Source: Chloroflexota bacterium (GTDB lineage Bacteria > Chloroflexota > UBA11872). Taken from it: DNA of 64,000 nucleotides. The DNA is taken from contig OZ244802.1 of NCBI GenBank assembly GCA_965220135.1, positions 2,464,164 through 2,528,163 of the forward strand, read 5' to 3'. Positions 56,071 to 64,000 of the stretch are shown here, one piece after another. The notes beneath the pieces are model-generated. The model made no database searches, had not been told where the DNA came from, and saw nothing but the letters and a program-made list of their open reading frames with translations. Both the position numbers and the translations under genes were made by a program. Numbering within the stretch: the stretch's first letter is position 1; the number at the start of each line of letters is the position of its first letter.

Positions 56071-56916
56071 ATGCCCTGGCTCTCCGACCCCCAACGCGAC
56101 TCGCTTGAGGACATCGCTGCCGCTCACCGGGCGCTGGCATTCGCCGGCTACCCGCGTACCCAGGCCACCGCCGAGTACGAGACGTACCTTTATCGCGTGC
56201 GGGCGGCCTTGGCCTCGCATCGCCACACGCTCAGGGCGGGCTTCCTGGCAGGCGTCGCCATTGCCGTTGCCCTGATGCTGACGGCGGGCGTGATGTCGTT
56301 TCTGTTGGTTGTGCTCTTCGGTTCCGGCGTCCTCATCAGAGGTCCAGCCGGACCGATGGTCGTGCCCGTGACAGGCGATCCCGGGGCTCCGGACAGGTCG
56401 CCGCTCGACCTGGTTCTGCCGGCGGCGACGTCCATGGTCATCCTGGCAGTGGCCGGGGCGGCGACCGCGCTCGTCACGCGCGGCCGCTGGCGGAGTGCGG
56501 GTGTGCTGGTTACGTTCAGCGACGTCGCCCCGCGCCAGACCTCTCTTCTGCAGACCGTGGCGGTCTGGCTGGGGATCGGCGCCCTCATGGTCCTGGCCGT
56601 CCGGTGGCGAGGCGACGAAGAGATGGTCACCGGGGCAATCGTGATGCTGTCCTTTGCCGGGATTCCACTGCTGGCCTTCTTCTTCACCTCCGTGTTTCCA
56701 AGCATCTACCGCTGGCTCCTCCCCCGCGTGAGCCCGCTCGACGCCGCCGCCTATGCACGTCCGATCATCGAGCTTGAGGTGGCGATGCAGATCGATTCAG
56801 AACGCGAGACGCACGGGCGCGGCACATTTCACCGCGCCTTCTACGACCGCAGCACCTGGGCCGACGAAGTCCTGGCCCGACTCGACACTTCCAGGCGCGG
56901 CCGACGCAGGCGCTAG
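56071..56916 (+). CDS. Hypothetical membrane protein, paralog B (module A only)
   Basis: Aligns by eye along its length with the first ~275 aa of the gene at 53961. Confidence 0.75.
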   Translation: MPWLSDPQRDSLEDIAAAHRALAFAGYPRTQATAEYETYLYRVRAALASHRHTLRAGFLAGVAIAVALMLTAGVMSFLLVVLFGSGVLIRGPAGPMVVPVTGDPGAPDRSPLDLVLPAATSMVILAVAGAATALVTRGRWRSAGVLVTFSDVAPRQTSLLQTVAVWLGIGALMVLAVRWRGDEEMVTGAIVMLSFAGIPLLAFFFTSVFPSIYRWLLPRVSPLDAAAYARPIIELEVAMQIDSERETHGRGTFHRAFYDRSTWADEVLARLDTSRRGRRRR

Positions 56917-57053
56917 GCCAAACGCCGCGCCTGAGACACCAGGGCCGATCGGATCGCTGCTCCACGGTTTCGGCGTCGTAAAGTAGCGAGGGCAAACTGG
57001 TTCGCCGCTCTGAAGAACTAGGGCGCGCGGCCCGACCGGCGGGGATTGGCTGC

Positions 57054-57101
57054 ATGCCCTGGTTCTCCAAGTTCTACGCCCGCTACCTGGAAGGCCTGTG
57101 A
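57054..57101 (+). pseudogene. Internally deleted third paralog, mini-ORF MPWFSKFYARYLEGL*
   Basis: N-terminus matches MPWLS (56071), C-terminus matches YARYFEGL* (55073). Confidence 0.65.
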
Positions 57102-58552
57102 ACACCCGCCCCCTGCGCCTCAACCGCCGCCAGGCCCTCGCCGCCGGCGCGGCCTCCCTGGGCGCGCTCGCCTTGGCTGCCTGCGGCGAAACGCCCGCGG
57201 AGAGCGCCGTCGGCTCCCTGCCGCATGGCCTCCAGGCCGAGTTGCAACGCAACCTGGAACGCGCCCGCTCCGAGGCCCGCAACGTCACCGCCGCCGCGCC
57301 CCGATCCGCCGTCAAACTGCCCACCTCCGGCGCCAAGCATCCCGTCACGGTCGCCATGTACCCCACCAACCGTATCGGAGGCAGTCTGTTCGGCCAGTTC
57401 GTCAACGGCCTGGCCGCGGCCCGCGAGCGCGGCGAGGACCGTTACACCTATGAGGAGGCCTCTCTCGACTACGGGCGCAACGCCTCCACCTTCAGCATCA
57501 GTACCTCACTGGACGCCCTGCAGAACCAAAAGCCGGATCTGGTCATCTTCTTTAGGGCCGACCAGGCCGACCTGCTGGCCAACGACCGGCTGGCGCCGCT
57601 GGACGACCTTCTCGTTTCGGACCCCGACTTCAACGCCGCCGACTTCTGGCCGGGACTGCTGGAGACCGGCAAACACGAAGGCGTGCAGTTCGGGATGCCG
57701 GTGGCGGTCTCGCCCCATGTGCTGTTGTTCAGTCGCCAGTGGGCGCTCGAGCAACAGGTCGAACCGCCCGCCCCCGATCCGCAGACCTTCGACGCTGAAG
57801 TCTTCCTCGACACCGTGCGCGCCCTCCACGTGGAGCCGCCGCCTTCGGGCGGCTTGGGCGGCATGGGCTACATCTCGCGCTTCACGCCGGAGCCCGATGG
57901 CCAGGGCGACTACTCGGCCTCGCCGTCGCCATACGAGTTGTTGCAGTCGGCCGTCGGCGACCTTCGGGGACCCGACAACGACTTCGCGCCCCTCACCTCG
58001 CCGCCCGCCGTCCAGGTCGCCGAGTTCCTGCGCGCCTGGGTGCACGACCACCGCCTGGCCATCACCGATGGCCGCTCCACCCGCTCATTCCAGCGCACCG
58101 GCCAGTTCGGCTTCGCCGGCACCATCCTGGCCTTTATCCCGCCAAGCCGGCTTATCGGCAGCAACATTGATATCTATCCGCTGCCCAACATGGGCACAGG
58201 CCGCAGCCCCGTCTTCGTTCACGCCATGCTCGGGGTGCTGGCCGATTCGCCGAACCCCGAACTCGCCTACGACGCCATGCGCCACCTTGCCGCGGGCCTT
58301 AGCGCCAGTTCGATCCTCCCGGCCACCCGCATCTCGGCCGAGGGCGTTGCCGCCCGCGCCACCGAACTGCCCCCCGAAGGCGCCAACCTCGTCGAGCAAC
58401 TCATGAGAAACGCCACCTACTCCACCCTCAGCCGCCGCCAGGCCGGCCTCATCACCAACGCCATCGTCGGCAACATCATCTTCGGCGACCAACACCCCCA
58501 GGACACCCTCCAAGCCCTCACCGACCAGCTGCGCGCCGACGAATCCTCATAG
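57098..58552 (+). CDS. Extracellular solute-binding lipoprotein (Tat signal)
   Basis: NRRQAL..LAAC, PDLV, LAPLDDL, FGMP. Confidence 0.82.
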   Translation: MNTRPLRLNRRQALAAGAASLGALALAACGETPAESAVGSLPHGLQAELQRNLERARSEARNVTAAAPRSAVKLPTSGAKHPVTVAMYPTNRIGGSLFGQFVNGLAAARERGEDRYTYEEASLDYGRNASTFSISTSLDALQNQKPDLVIFFRADQADLLANDRLAPLDDLLVSDPDFNAADFWPGLLETGKHEGVQFGMPVAVSPHVLLFSRQWALEQQVEPPAPDPQTFDAEVFLDTVRALHVEPPPSGGLGGMGYISRFTPEPDGQGDYSASPSPYELLQSAVGDLRGPDNDFAPLTSPPAVQVAEFLRAWVHDHRLAITDGRSTRSFQRTGQFGFAGTILAFIPPSRLIGSNIDIYPLPNMGTGRSPVFVHAMLGVLADSPNPELAYDAMRHLAAGLSASSILPATRISAEGVAARATELPPEGANLVEQLMRNATYSTLSRRQAGLITNAIVGNIIFGDQHPQDTLQALTDQLRADESS

Positions 58553-58827
58553 GAGAACGATTCCGCTATAGCCTGCTAGACAGCGGGCAAAGACGTCCCC
58601 AAGCCTTCGTATCACTTGCAGTCAGTTATTCGCCGCTACTGTGAGATGGATCGTCACAGCCACGAATGTCGACTGATTCGAGAATGGAAGGTCGTCGTGA
58701 GAACCATGGTTCATTGCCTAGGCTCCTGAAGCGTTAACAGCCTGTCTCAACACATATTTGATCGCCCGTATTCGGTCTGGTAAAGTCCGCGCTTCGTGCT
58801 GCCAAGTGGCACGTATTTCTCAGGGCG

Positions 58828-59400
58828 GTGAGAAATTTGCGTAAGATATCAGTGGTCCTCGGCTTCTTGGTACTAGCTGCGTCGGCCAGTCTTGTGTTCG
58901 CACATGGAGGCGGTTTGAATGCTGACGGCTGCCACCGCGAGACGCGCACTGGCGGATATCACTGCCATCGTCCACAACGTCAATCCGTACGATCAACACC
59001 AAGACCTACACCGTTTCCTACTGGAGCCTACCGTACCTGTGAGCTGGTTCCCAATAGATATCTTCAATTGGATACCCAGGGTCGGGTTGCGGTTCGCCGG
59101 AGCCGTGCACCAACTCAGCCAGACGGCGATAACGATGGTTTTGCTTGTGGTGGACAGCTTGAACATAAAAGACCAATCCTCAATAGAATGCTGACGCCCA
59201 CGGCAACCCCGAGGCCAGCACCAACGCCAAGGACTCCAGATCGACTTGTTGTGGTTCCACGCGCTGGAGACACCGTGCGCTACACACCATCAAATGAAGT
59301 CTACGGCGCGTGTCGCGCGAAGTTTCCCTATACACACATGGACGATTGCAATGTGGACTACGATTTTCTAATGCTGTTCTGGTTGAGCAATGCGCCCTAA
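58828..59400 (+). CDS. Secreted YHYH-motif protein with Excalibur-like Ca-binding motif
   Basis: AHGGGLNADGCH...YHCH; DGDNDGFAC. Confidence 0.75.
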   Translation: MRNLRKISVVLGFLVLAASASLVFAHGGGLNADGCHRETRTGGYHCHRPQRQSVRSTPRPTPFPTGAYRTCELVPNRYLQLDTQGRVAVRRSRAPTQPDGDNDGFACGGQLEHKRPILNRMLTPTATPRPAPTPRTPDRLVVVPRAGDTVRYTPSNEVYGACRAKFPYTHMDDCNVDYDFLMLFWLSNAP

Positions 59401-59606
59401 GCGACAGCCAGATTGCTCAGGAGCCCGTGCTAGCGCAGGCGGGTCCGACTCCCGCTCGCACCACCCGGGATCGTTGGAGAACTCTGTAAGGGCGATGCGA
59501 GCACTTCCGACTGTGTATCGCAACCCCTTCGTTTTGATTCAAGCTCGAGCCGTGTCCATGAGCAAGGCCGCCGAGTGGACTGTGATCTTCAGAAAGGTGG
59601 GATGCG

Positions 59607-59945
59607 ATGGAAGTCTCTGAATTCACGACACCAATCCTCATAATTGTGCTCGTAGGTTACGTTGCTGGAGTAGGGACGCTGAGTGCAGTCTTGGCTCATG
59701 ATAAAGGGCGTGACGTAGTTGGTTGGTTTATTCTTGGTGCGATCTACGGCCCACTCGCCCTGCTTGCCCTTGTCGGGCTGTCCAGACGAGGATATACGGT
59801 GCCCACTCCGCAAACATCATCCTCAGCGTCATCCGCCGCACCCCGCCCCGCAAGCCGCATTGGGGACCCCAGCCGACAATATTCGCGTGAGGAATTCAAC
59901 AACAGCCCGGTCGGCCAATTCATCAAGGGTGGTAAGAAACGGTGA
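59607..59945 (+). CDS. Small 2-TM hypothetical protein
   Basis: KGRDVVGWFILG..GPLAL. Confidence 0.7.
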   Translation: MEVSEFTTPILIIVLVGYVAGVGTLSAVLAHDKGRDVVGWFILGAIYGPLALLALVGLSRRGYTVPTPQTSSSASSAAPRPASRIGDPSRQYSREEFNNSPVGQFIKGGKKR

Positions 59946-60129
59946 ACCACGCCAAGAACCCACAACCTTAAATGAGTAAGGCTGGATTTCAGCAGGCGCG
60001 GCTAGCCGTTCACAATATCTCCCAACTAATACCAGCAGCTGGCCACGCCCACTTTGACATTGGTTGTCAGTGGCACCGCTAGGCAACTAGGCAGTGTTGT
60101 TATGGCGAGCGTGCGGAAGGCGGCACAGT

Positions 60130-60290
60130 CTGCGCCTCCGCTTGCGATGCCTGTGCTGCAGCGGTTCACCATCTCCGACCAGCGATGGGACCGGTTCGCG
60201 CCGGAAACCGGCAAGACGTTCAAGCGGCCGAACCTCCCGTAGATGTCAGAGGCTGCACCATGACGAGAAACGCATGGCTGCCCGAGCCGC
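60130..60290 (+). pseudogene. Relic 3' end of a PIN toxin paralog
   Basis: DQRWDRF...RPNL matches DQRWDRY...RPNL of 61194-61673; downstream DNA also similar; ends approximate. Confidence 0.7.
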
Positions 60291-60445
60291 CCCGCGCCCG
60301 AAAGTGGCCGGGTCGAGCCGAGCGCCTCGCCGGACCGAATCAGGCGCGTCCGCGCTGAGAACACCTCTGGAAGCACACGCGGGCTATAGTTCAGAGCGTT
60401 GCCAGCTACACCGCGCAACGGCTTGTCGCGTCGAAAGAGGCTGAG

Positions 60446-61204
60446 GTGGGGGACAACACCATTGCCCTCGAAGTGCACGGTTCCGACTTCGTCTTAGACG
60501 ATCTGAGCTCGGTCGTCGAGCACTTTCACGGGCTGCTGAGCAATTTGGCTGAGGAAGTGGCCGAGGGTGCCGAGGTTGCGTGGCGGCTTGGACGCTTCGG
60601 AACCGGGAGTATCGTGGCCGAGGTTCACTGCGAAGCCGATGACCCCGCCGTCGTAGACCAGGTCGTTACCGCATACGATCGCGTCGGCGCGGCCCTTGCC
60701 AGCGACAGTCCTGTTCCGTACGCAAACGCAGTTCTCACGCACACCGACCGGCTAACGGGCTTGATCAACGGACGAGTCTCGTCGGTTCTATTCAGAACCG
60801 AGCGCCGAGTGCATAAGGTTCAGCGGCCAACGCTGGGAGCGCTTGTGGAGCACGCCCGCTACGTGGAGTCGTACGGGTCCGTCGAGGGCGTGGTGGAGAC
60901 GCTGGCGCGGCGTCATGGGACCCGGTTCGTCGTCTACCCGGACGATGGACAACGCAGCGTTTCTTGTTACGTACGTACCGAGCAAGAGGCCGCGATGTTG
61001 AAGCTCTGGGGCAAGCAAGTCCGCGTCGAGGGTCTGCTCCGGCGCGATCCGATCACGGGCGCCCGGTTGTCTATCCGCGATATCTCGAACATCGAGGAGC
61101 TTGGCCCCTCGGCCACCAACCCTTCGGACCTGTGGGGCATATTGCCCTCGCGGACCGACAGGAAGCCTGAGGAGATGATCCGGGCGGCATGGGATGGCGT
61201 CTAG
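60446..61204 (+). CDS. Hypothetical protein, probable partner/antitoxin of the PIN gene
   Basis: Overlaps PIN start; C-terminal OB-fold-like YGSVEGVVE...WGKQVRVEG. Confidence 0.7.
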   Translation: MGDNTIALEVHGSDFVLDDLSSVVEHFHGLLSNLAEEVAEGAEVAWRLGRFGTGSIVAEVHCEADDPAVVDQVVTAYDRVGAALASDSPVPYANAVLTHTDRLTGLINGRVSSVLFRTERRVHKVQRPTLGALVEHARYVESYGSVEGVVETLARRHGTRFVVYPDDGQRSVSCYVRTEQEAAMLKLWGKQVRVEGLLRRDPITGARLSIRDISNIEELGPSATNPSDLWGILPSRTDRKPEEMIRAAWDGV

Positions 61205-61673
61205 TCGTCCTGAGCTCTATTGGGATTCGTGCTGTTTCCTTTCCTTTCTGGAGGGGGATTCAACACGTACAGAGCTGCAGACGCTCATGGCCGATGCCGA
61301 GGCTGGTGGGGTACTGATCGTCACCTCCATCATCTCAGTCGCCGAAGTGGCATACCTTGCGCCGGAAGGTCCCGGCCTGCCGCTCGACCCAGACGTCGAG
61401 CGGCGAATCGAAAACTTGTGGCGCTCGCGGCAAGCTATCCGGTTTGTGGAAGTCAACGCCGGAGTCGCGGCGCGCGCTCGAACCCTGCTGCGCCACGCGC
61501 TCACCCAGGGCTGGGAGCGCAACCCGCGCGACGCCCTCCATCTCGCCTCCGCTCAGCAAGCGCCCGTCTCGACAATCCATACCTACGACCAGCGCTGGGA
61601 CCGCTACGCCCATTTGATCGGGAGAGCTGTAGAACGACCGAACCTGCTATATGTGTCGCAGGCCGCGCCATGA
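61194..61673 (+). CDS. PIN domain (VapC-like) toxin
   Basis: YWDSCCF, SVAEV, DALHLASA, TYD. Confidence 0.9.
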   Translation: MASSRPELYWDSCCFLSFLEGDSTRTELQTLMADAEAGGVLIVTSIISVAEVAYLAPEGPGLPLDPDVERRIENLWRSRQAIRFVEVNAGVAARARTLLRHALTQGWERNPRDALHLASAQQAPVSTIHTYDQRWDRYAHLIGRAVERPNLLYVSQAAP

Positions 61674-61947
61674 CGCGAAACACACAACTGCTCGAGGCGC
61701 CCCGCGTTCAATAGTGGCCGCTCGGGCCGCCTGCGCCGTCGGTCAGGGTGAACACATCGGGAGCGGAAAGCGGCGGAAACTGAACACTTCGACGCCAACA
61801 CGGTGAACACCCCTTGCTCTCGCGTCGCCGCCCGACGCCAAAGCCTTCGTCGACCACCTCCGCACGGAAACCCGCCTGATTTCCACGCCAATACCGCCCC
61901 GGACCCTCCGCGCTGCGGCCGCCGGAGCGAAGGCGTCATCAACCCCG

Positions 61948-62070
61948 ACTGGACACATTCGGACGCAGACTGGACACATTTGCCCGAAAAGTGGACACAT
62001 CCGGGTGAAAACTGGACACAATGACGCCGAAACTGGACACATCGGCGGCAAACAGTGGACACCTGTCCAC
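61948..62070. repeat. Phased array of six A(C/G)TGGACAC(A/C) units, 21-bp period
   Basis: TGGACAC at 61950, 61971, 61992, 62013, 62034, 62056; ends in inverted TGTCCAC. Confidence 0.85.
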
Positions 62071-62703
62071 CCCCACCTCGACCTGGCCGCCCATAGGAGT
62101 GTCCCGGCCAGCCCGCTTCAATACGCCCAAGTTGGCGCCGCCTCCGTTCTCCCTCAGCTTCTCGAAGTGCCGGCCTGCGTCCACCGAAATCCTGCCCAGA
62201 GCTTGCCGAAGAGCCTGTCGAAGAGGGGACCTCACCACGACCACCACCCTCCCTGCCTCCCACTTGCCTGCCGTAACCACTCGGTGTACAATGGGCGCGC
62301 CCGCCTCCTGGCCCCTTCCCGGAAGTCCCCGTGCCCGCCCGCCTCACCCGCTCGCGTCCCCTCGCCACCCTCGCTCTCGGCCCGCCAACCCGGAACCGCC
62401 AACACCGCCCTCGCCCCGGCCGCGTCGCCGCCGTAACCTCGCCCGCCTAGCCGCAACCGATCCATGCGCCCTCGAGTGTGCTCGCGTAGCGCGTCCACTC
62501 ACGGCGCCGAATCTCTTCGCCGTCCACCCCAAAGGCCGGCCCAAACTGTCTCCGGCCAGCCCGACCGCTATTGGGTCGGGCTGGCCGGAGACAGTTCCCC
62601 CATCACCTCCAACCAAATCGCGCCCCGCGCTCGCCGCACGCGCACTCCCCAAACCGCCGATAATGCAGGCAGACACTGACAGCACGCCCACCAGGGAGCA
62701 CGA

Positions 62704-64000
62704 ATGACTACCACCGCCACGGCGCCGAGCAGTAGCGCGGACGGGGTGACCTGGGACCTCAGCATCCTCTACGACAACCCCGACGACCCCAAGGTCGTGG
62801 CGGACCTGGACGCCGTAACCGAGCGCGCCGAAGCGTTCGAGAAGCGCTACCGCGGCCAGGTCGCCGGGCTGGATGCCGCCGGCCTGCGCGACGCCGTGAC
62901 CGAACTGCAGGACATCCACGAGGCCATGGACCACCCGGCCATCTATGCCCACCTGCTGCACGCCGGCAAGACCGATGAGCCAACCCACGGCCGCCTGGTG
63001 GCCCTCACCCAGGAACGCGGCACCGCCATCAACCGCCACCTGATCTTCTTCGACCTGGAGTGGATCGAGGTGGACGACGAGCGCGCCGAGGAACTGCTGG
63101 CCGACCCGATCCTCAAGGACTTCGCCTACCTCCTCCGCCTCGAGCGCCGCTACAAGCCCCACCGGCTGTCGGAGGGCGAAGAGCAGCTGATGGACGAGAA
63201 GGCCAACACCGGCAGCCGCGCCTGGAGCCGCCTCTTCGGGGAGCTCACCAGCCGCCTGACCTGCGAGGTCACGATGGAAGGCGAGACCCGCACCCTCACC
63301 GAAGCCGAAACCCTGGCCCTCAGCTACCACCCCGACCGCGACACCCGGAGGTCCGCCGCCGACGGCATGACGCAAGCCCTTCGCGACAGCCTCCACCCCC
63401 TCACCTACGTCTTCAACGTCCGCCTCCAGGACCACGCTACCGACGACCGCCTGCGCAGCTACCCCACCGCCATGGCCTCCCGCAACCTGGCCAACCAGAT
63501 CACCCAGGAGTCGGTGGACGCCCTGGTGGCCGCTTGCGTACGCGGGTTCCCGATCGTCGGCCGCTACTACCGGCTCAAGCGCCGCCTGCTGGGCCTGGAC
63601 GAATTGTTCGACTACGACCGCTACGCCCCGCTCAGCTCCGACCTGCCGTCCTACGACTGGAAAACCGGCAAGGAAGTCGTGCTGGAGAGCTACCACGCCT
63701 TTTCCGAAACCCTCGGCGGCATCGCCCAGCGGGCCTTCGACGAGCGCTGGATCGACGCCGAACTGCGCCCGGCCAAGCGTGGCGGCGCCTTCAGCATGGG
63801 CGGCACCCCCAGCACCCACCCCTACATCCTGGCCAGCTACACCGACACCGTCCGCGACGTGATGACGCTGGCCCACGAGCTCGGTCACACCGTCCACCAG
63901 TACCTGTCCTACGGCGTCGGCTACCTGCAGGCCCACACGCCGCTGACCACGGCCGAGACCGCCTCGGTCTTCGGCGAGATGATCGTCTTCCGCCGACTGC
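62704..64000 (+). CDS. pepF: M3 family oligoendopeptidase F (3' end outside window)
   Basis: Not in ORF track. Hand translation from ATG 62704 (SD AGGGAG): WDLSILY, KRGGAF, HPYIL, TLAHELGH, TAETASVFGEM. Confidence 0.92.
   Translation, partial: MTTTATAPSSSADGVTWDLSILYDNPDDPKVVADLDAVTERAEAFEKRYRGQVAGLDAAGLRDAVTELQDIHEAMDHPAIYAHLLHAGKTDEPTHGRLVALTQERGTAINRHLIFFDLEWIEVDDERAEELLADPILKDFAYLLRLERRYKPHRLSEGEEQLMDEKANTGSRAWSRLFGELTSRLTCEVTMEGETRTLTEAETLALSYHPDRDTRRSAADGMTQALRDSLHPLTYVFNVRLQDHATDDRLRSYPTAMASRNLANQITQESVDALVAACVRGFPIVGRYYRLKRRLLGLDELFDYDRYAPLSSDLPSYDWKTGKEVVLESYHAFSETLGGIAQRAFDERWIDAELRPAKRGGAFSMGGTPSTHPYILASYTDTVRDVMTLAHELGHTVHQYLSYGVGYLQAHTPLTTAETASVFGEMIVFRRL

Noticed and set aside
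58553-61700. Integron cassette array
   Set aside because: Co-oriented small genes, but no attC ends or intI seen
61948-62070. CRISPR array
   Set aside because: Repeats (10 bp) and spacers (11 bp) are far too short and there are no cas genes; kept as an unexplained array

Overview
High-GC bacterial chromosomal window. The gene mix (SWIM small protein, CAP/Big-like secreted protein, VanW, paired TrkA, duplicated PhyH dioxygenases) suggests Chloroflexota, which is inference only. Core content: imuA-imuB (imuB runs off the left edge), lspA, tRNA-Arg(CCG), smpB-ssrA(tmRNA), murD, panB, a divergent groEL, rpsP-khpA-rimM-trmD, rplS-rnhB-yraN, tRNA-Ala(GGC), a probable 6S RNA, rplY, a perfect parS site, proS and pepF (runs off the right edge). 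Accessory patches: a frameshifted MazF TA module, a tandem pair of STAND-like ATPases (the second with wHTH+TPR) behind a triple phased palindrome and a divergent MarR, a NYN nuclease with a two-hairpin leader RNA, a mini-cassette bounded by a 26-bp direct repeat, a cluster of paralogous membrane proteins including an internally deleted mini-gene, and an AT-richer island with a PIN TA module, a relic of a second copy and a 21-bp phased repeat array. Best candidates for undescribed systems: (1) a trp-like leaderless-uORF attenuator in front of the SWIM gene next to smpB-ssrA, (2) the double-ATPase/TPR module, (3) NYN plus structured RNA, (4) the 21-bp array. All calls are by eye, with no database searches or folding programs run.
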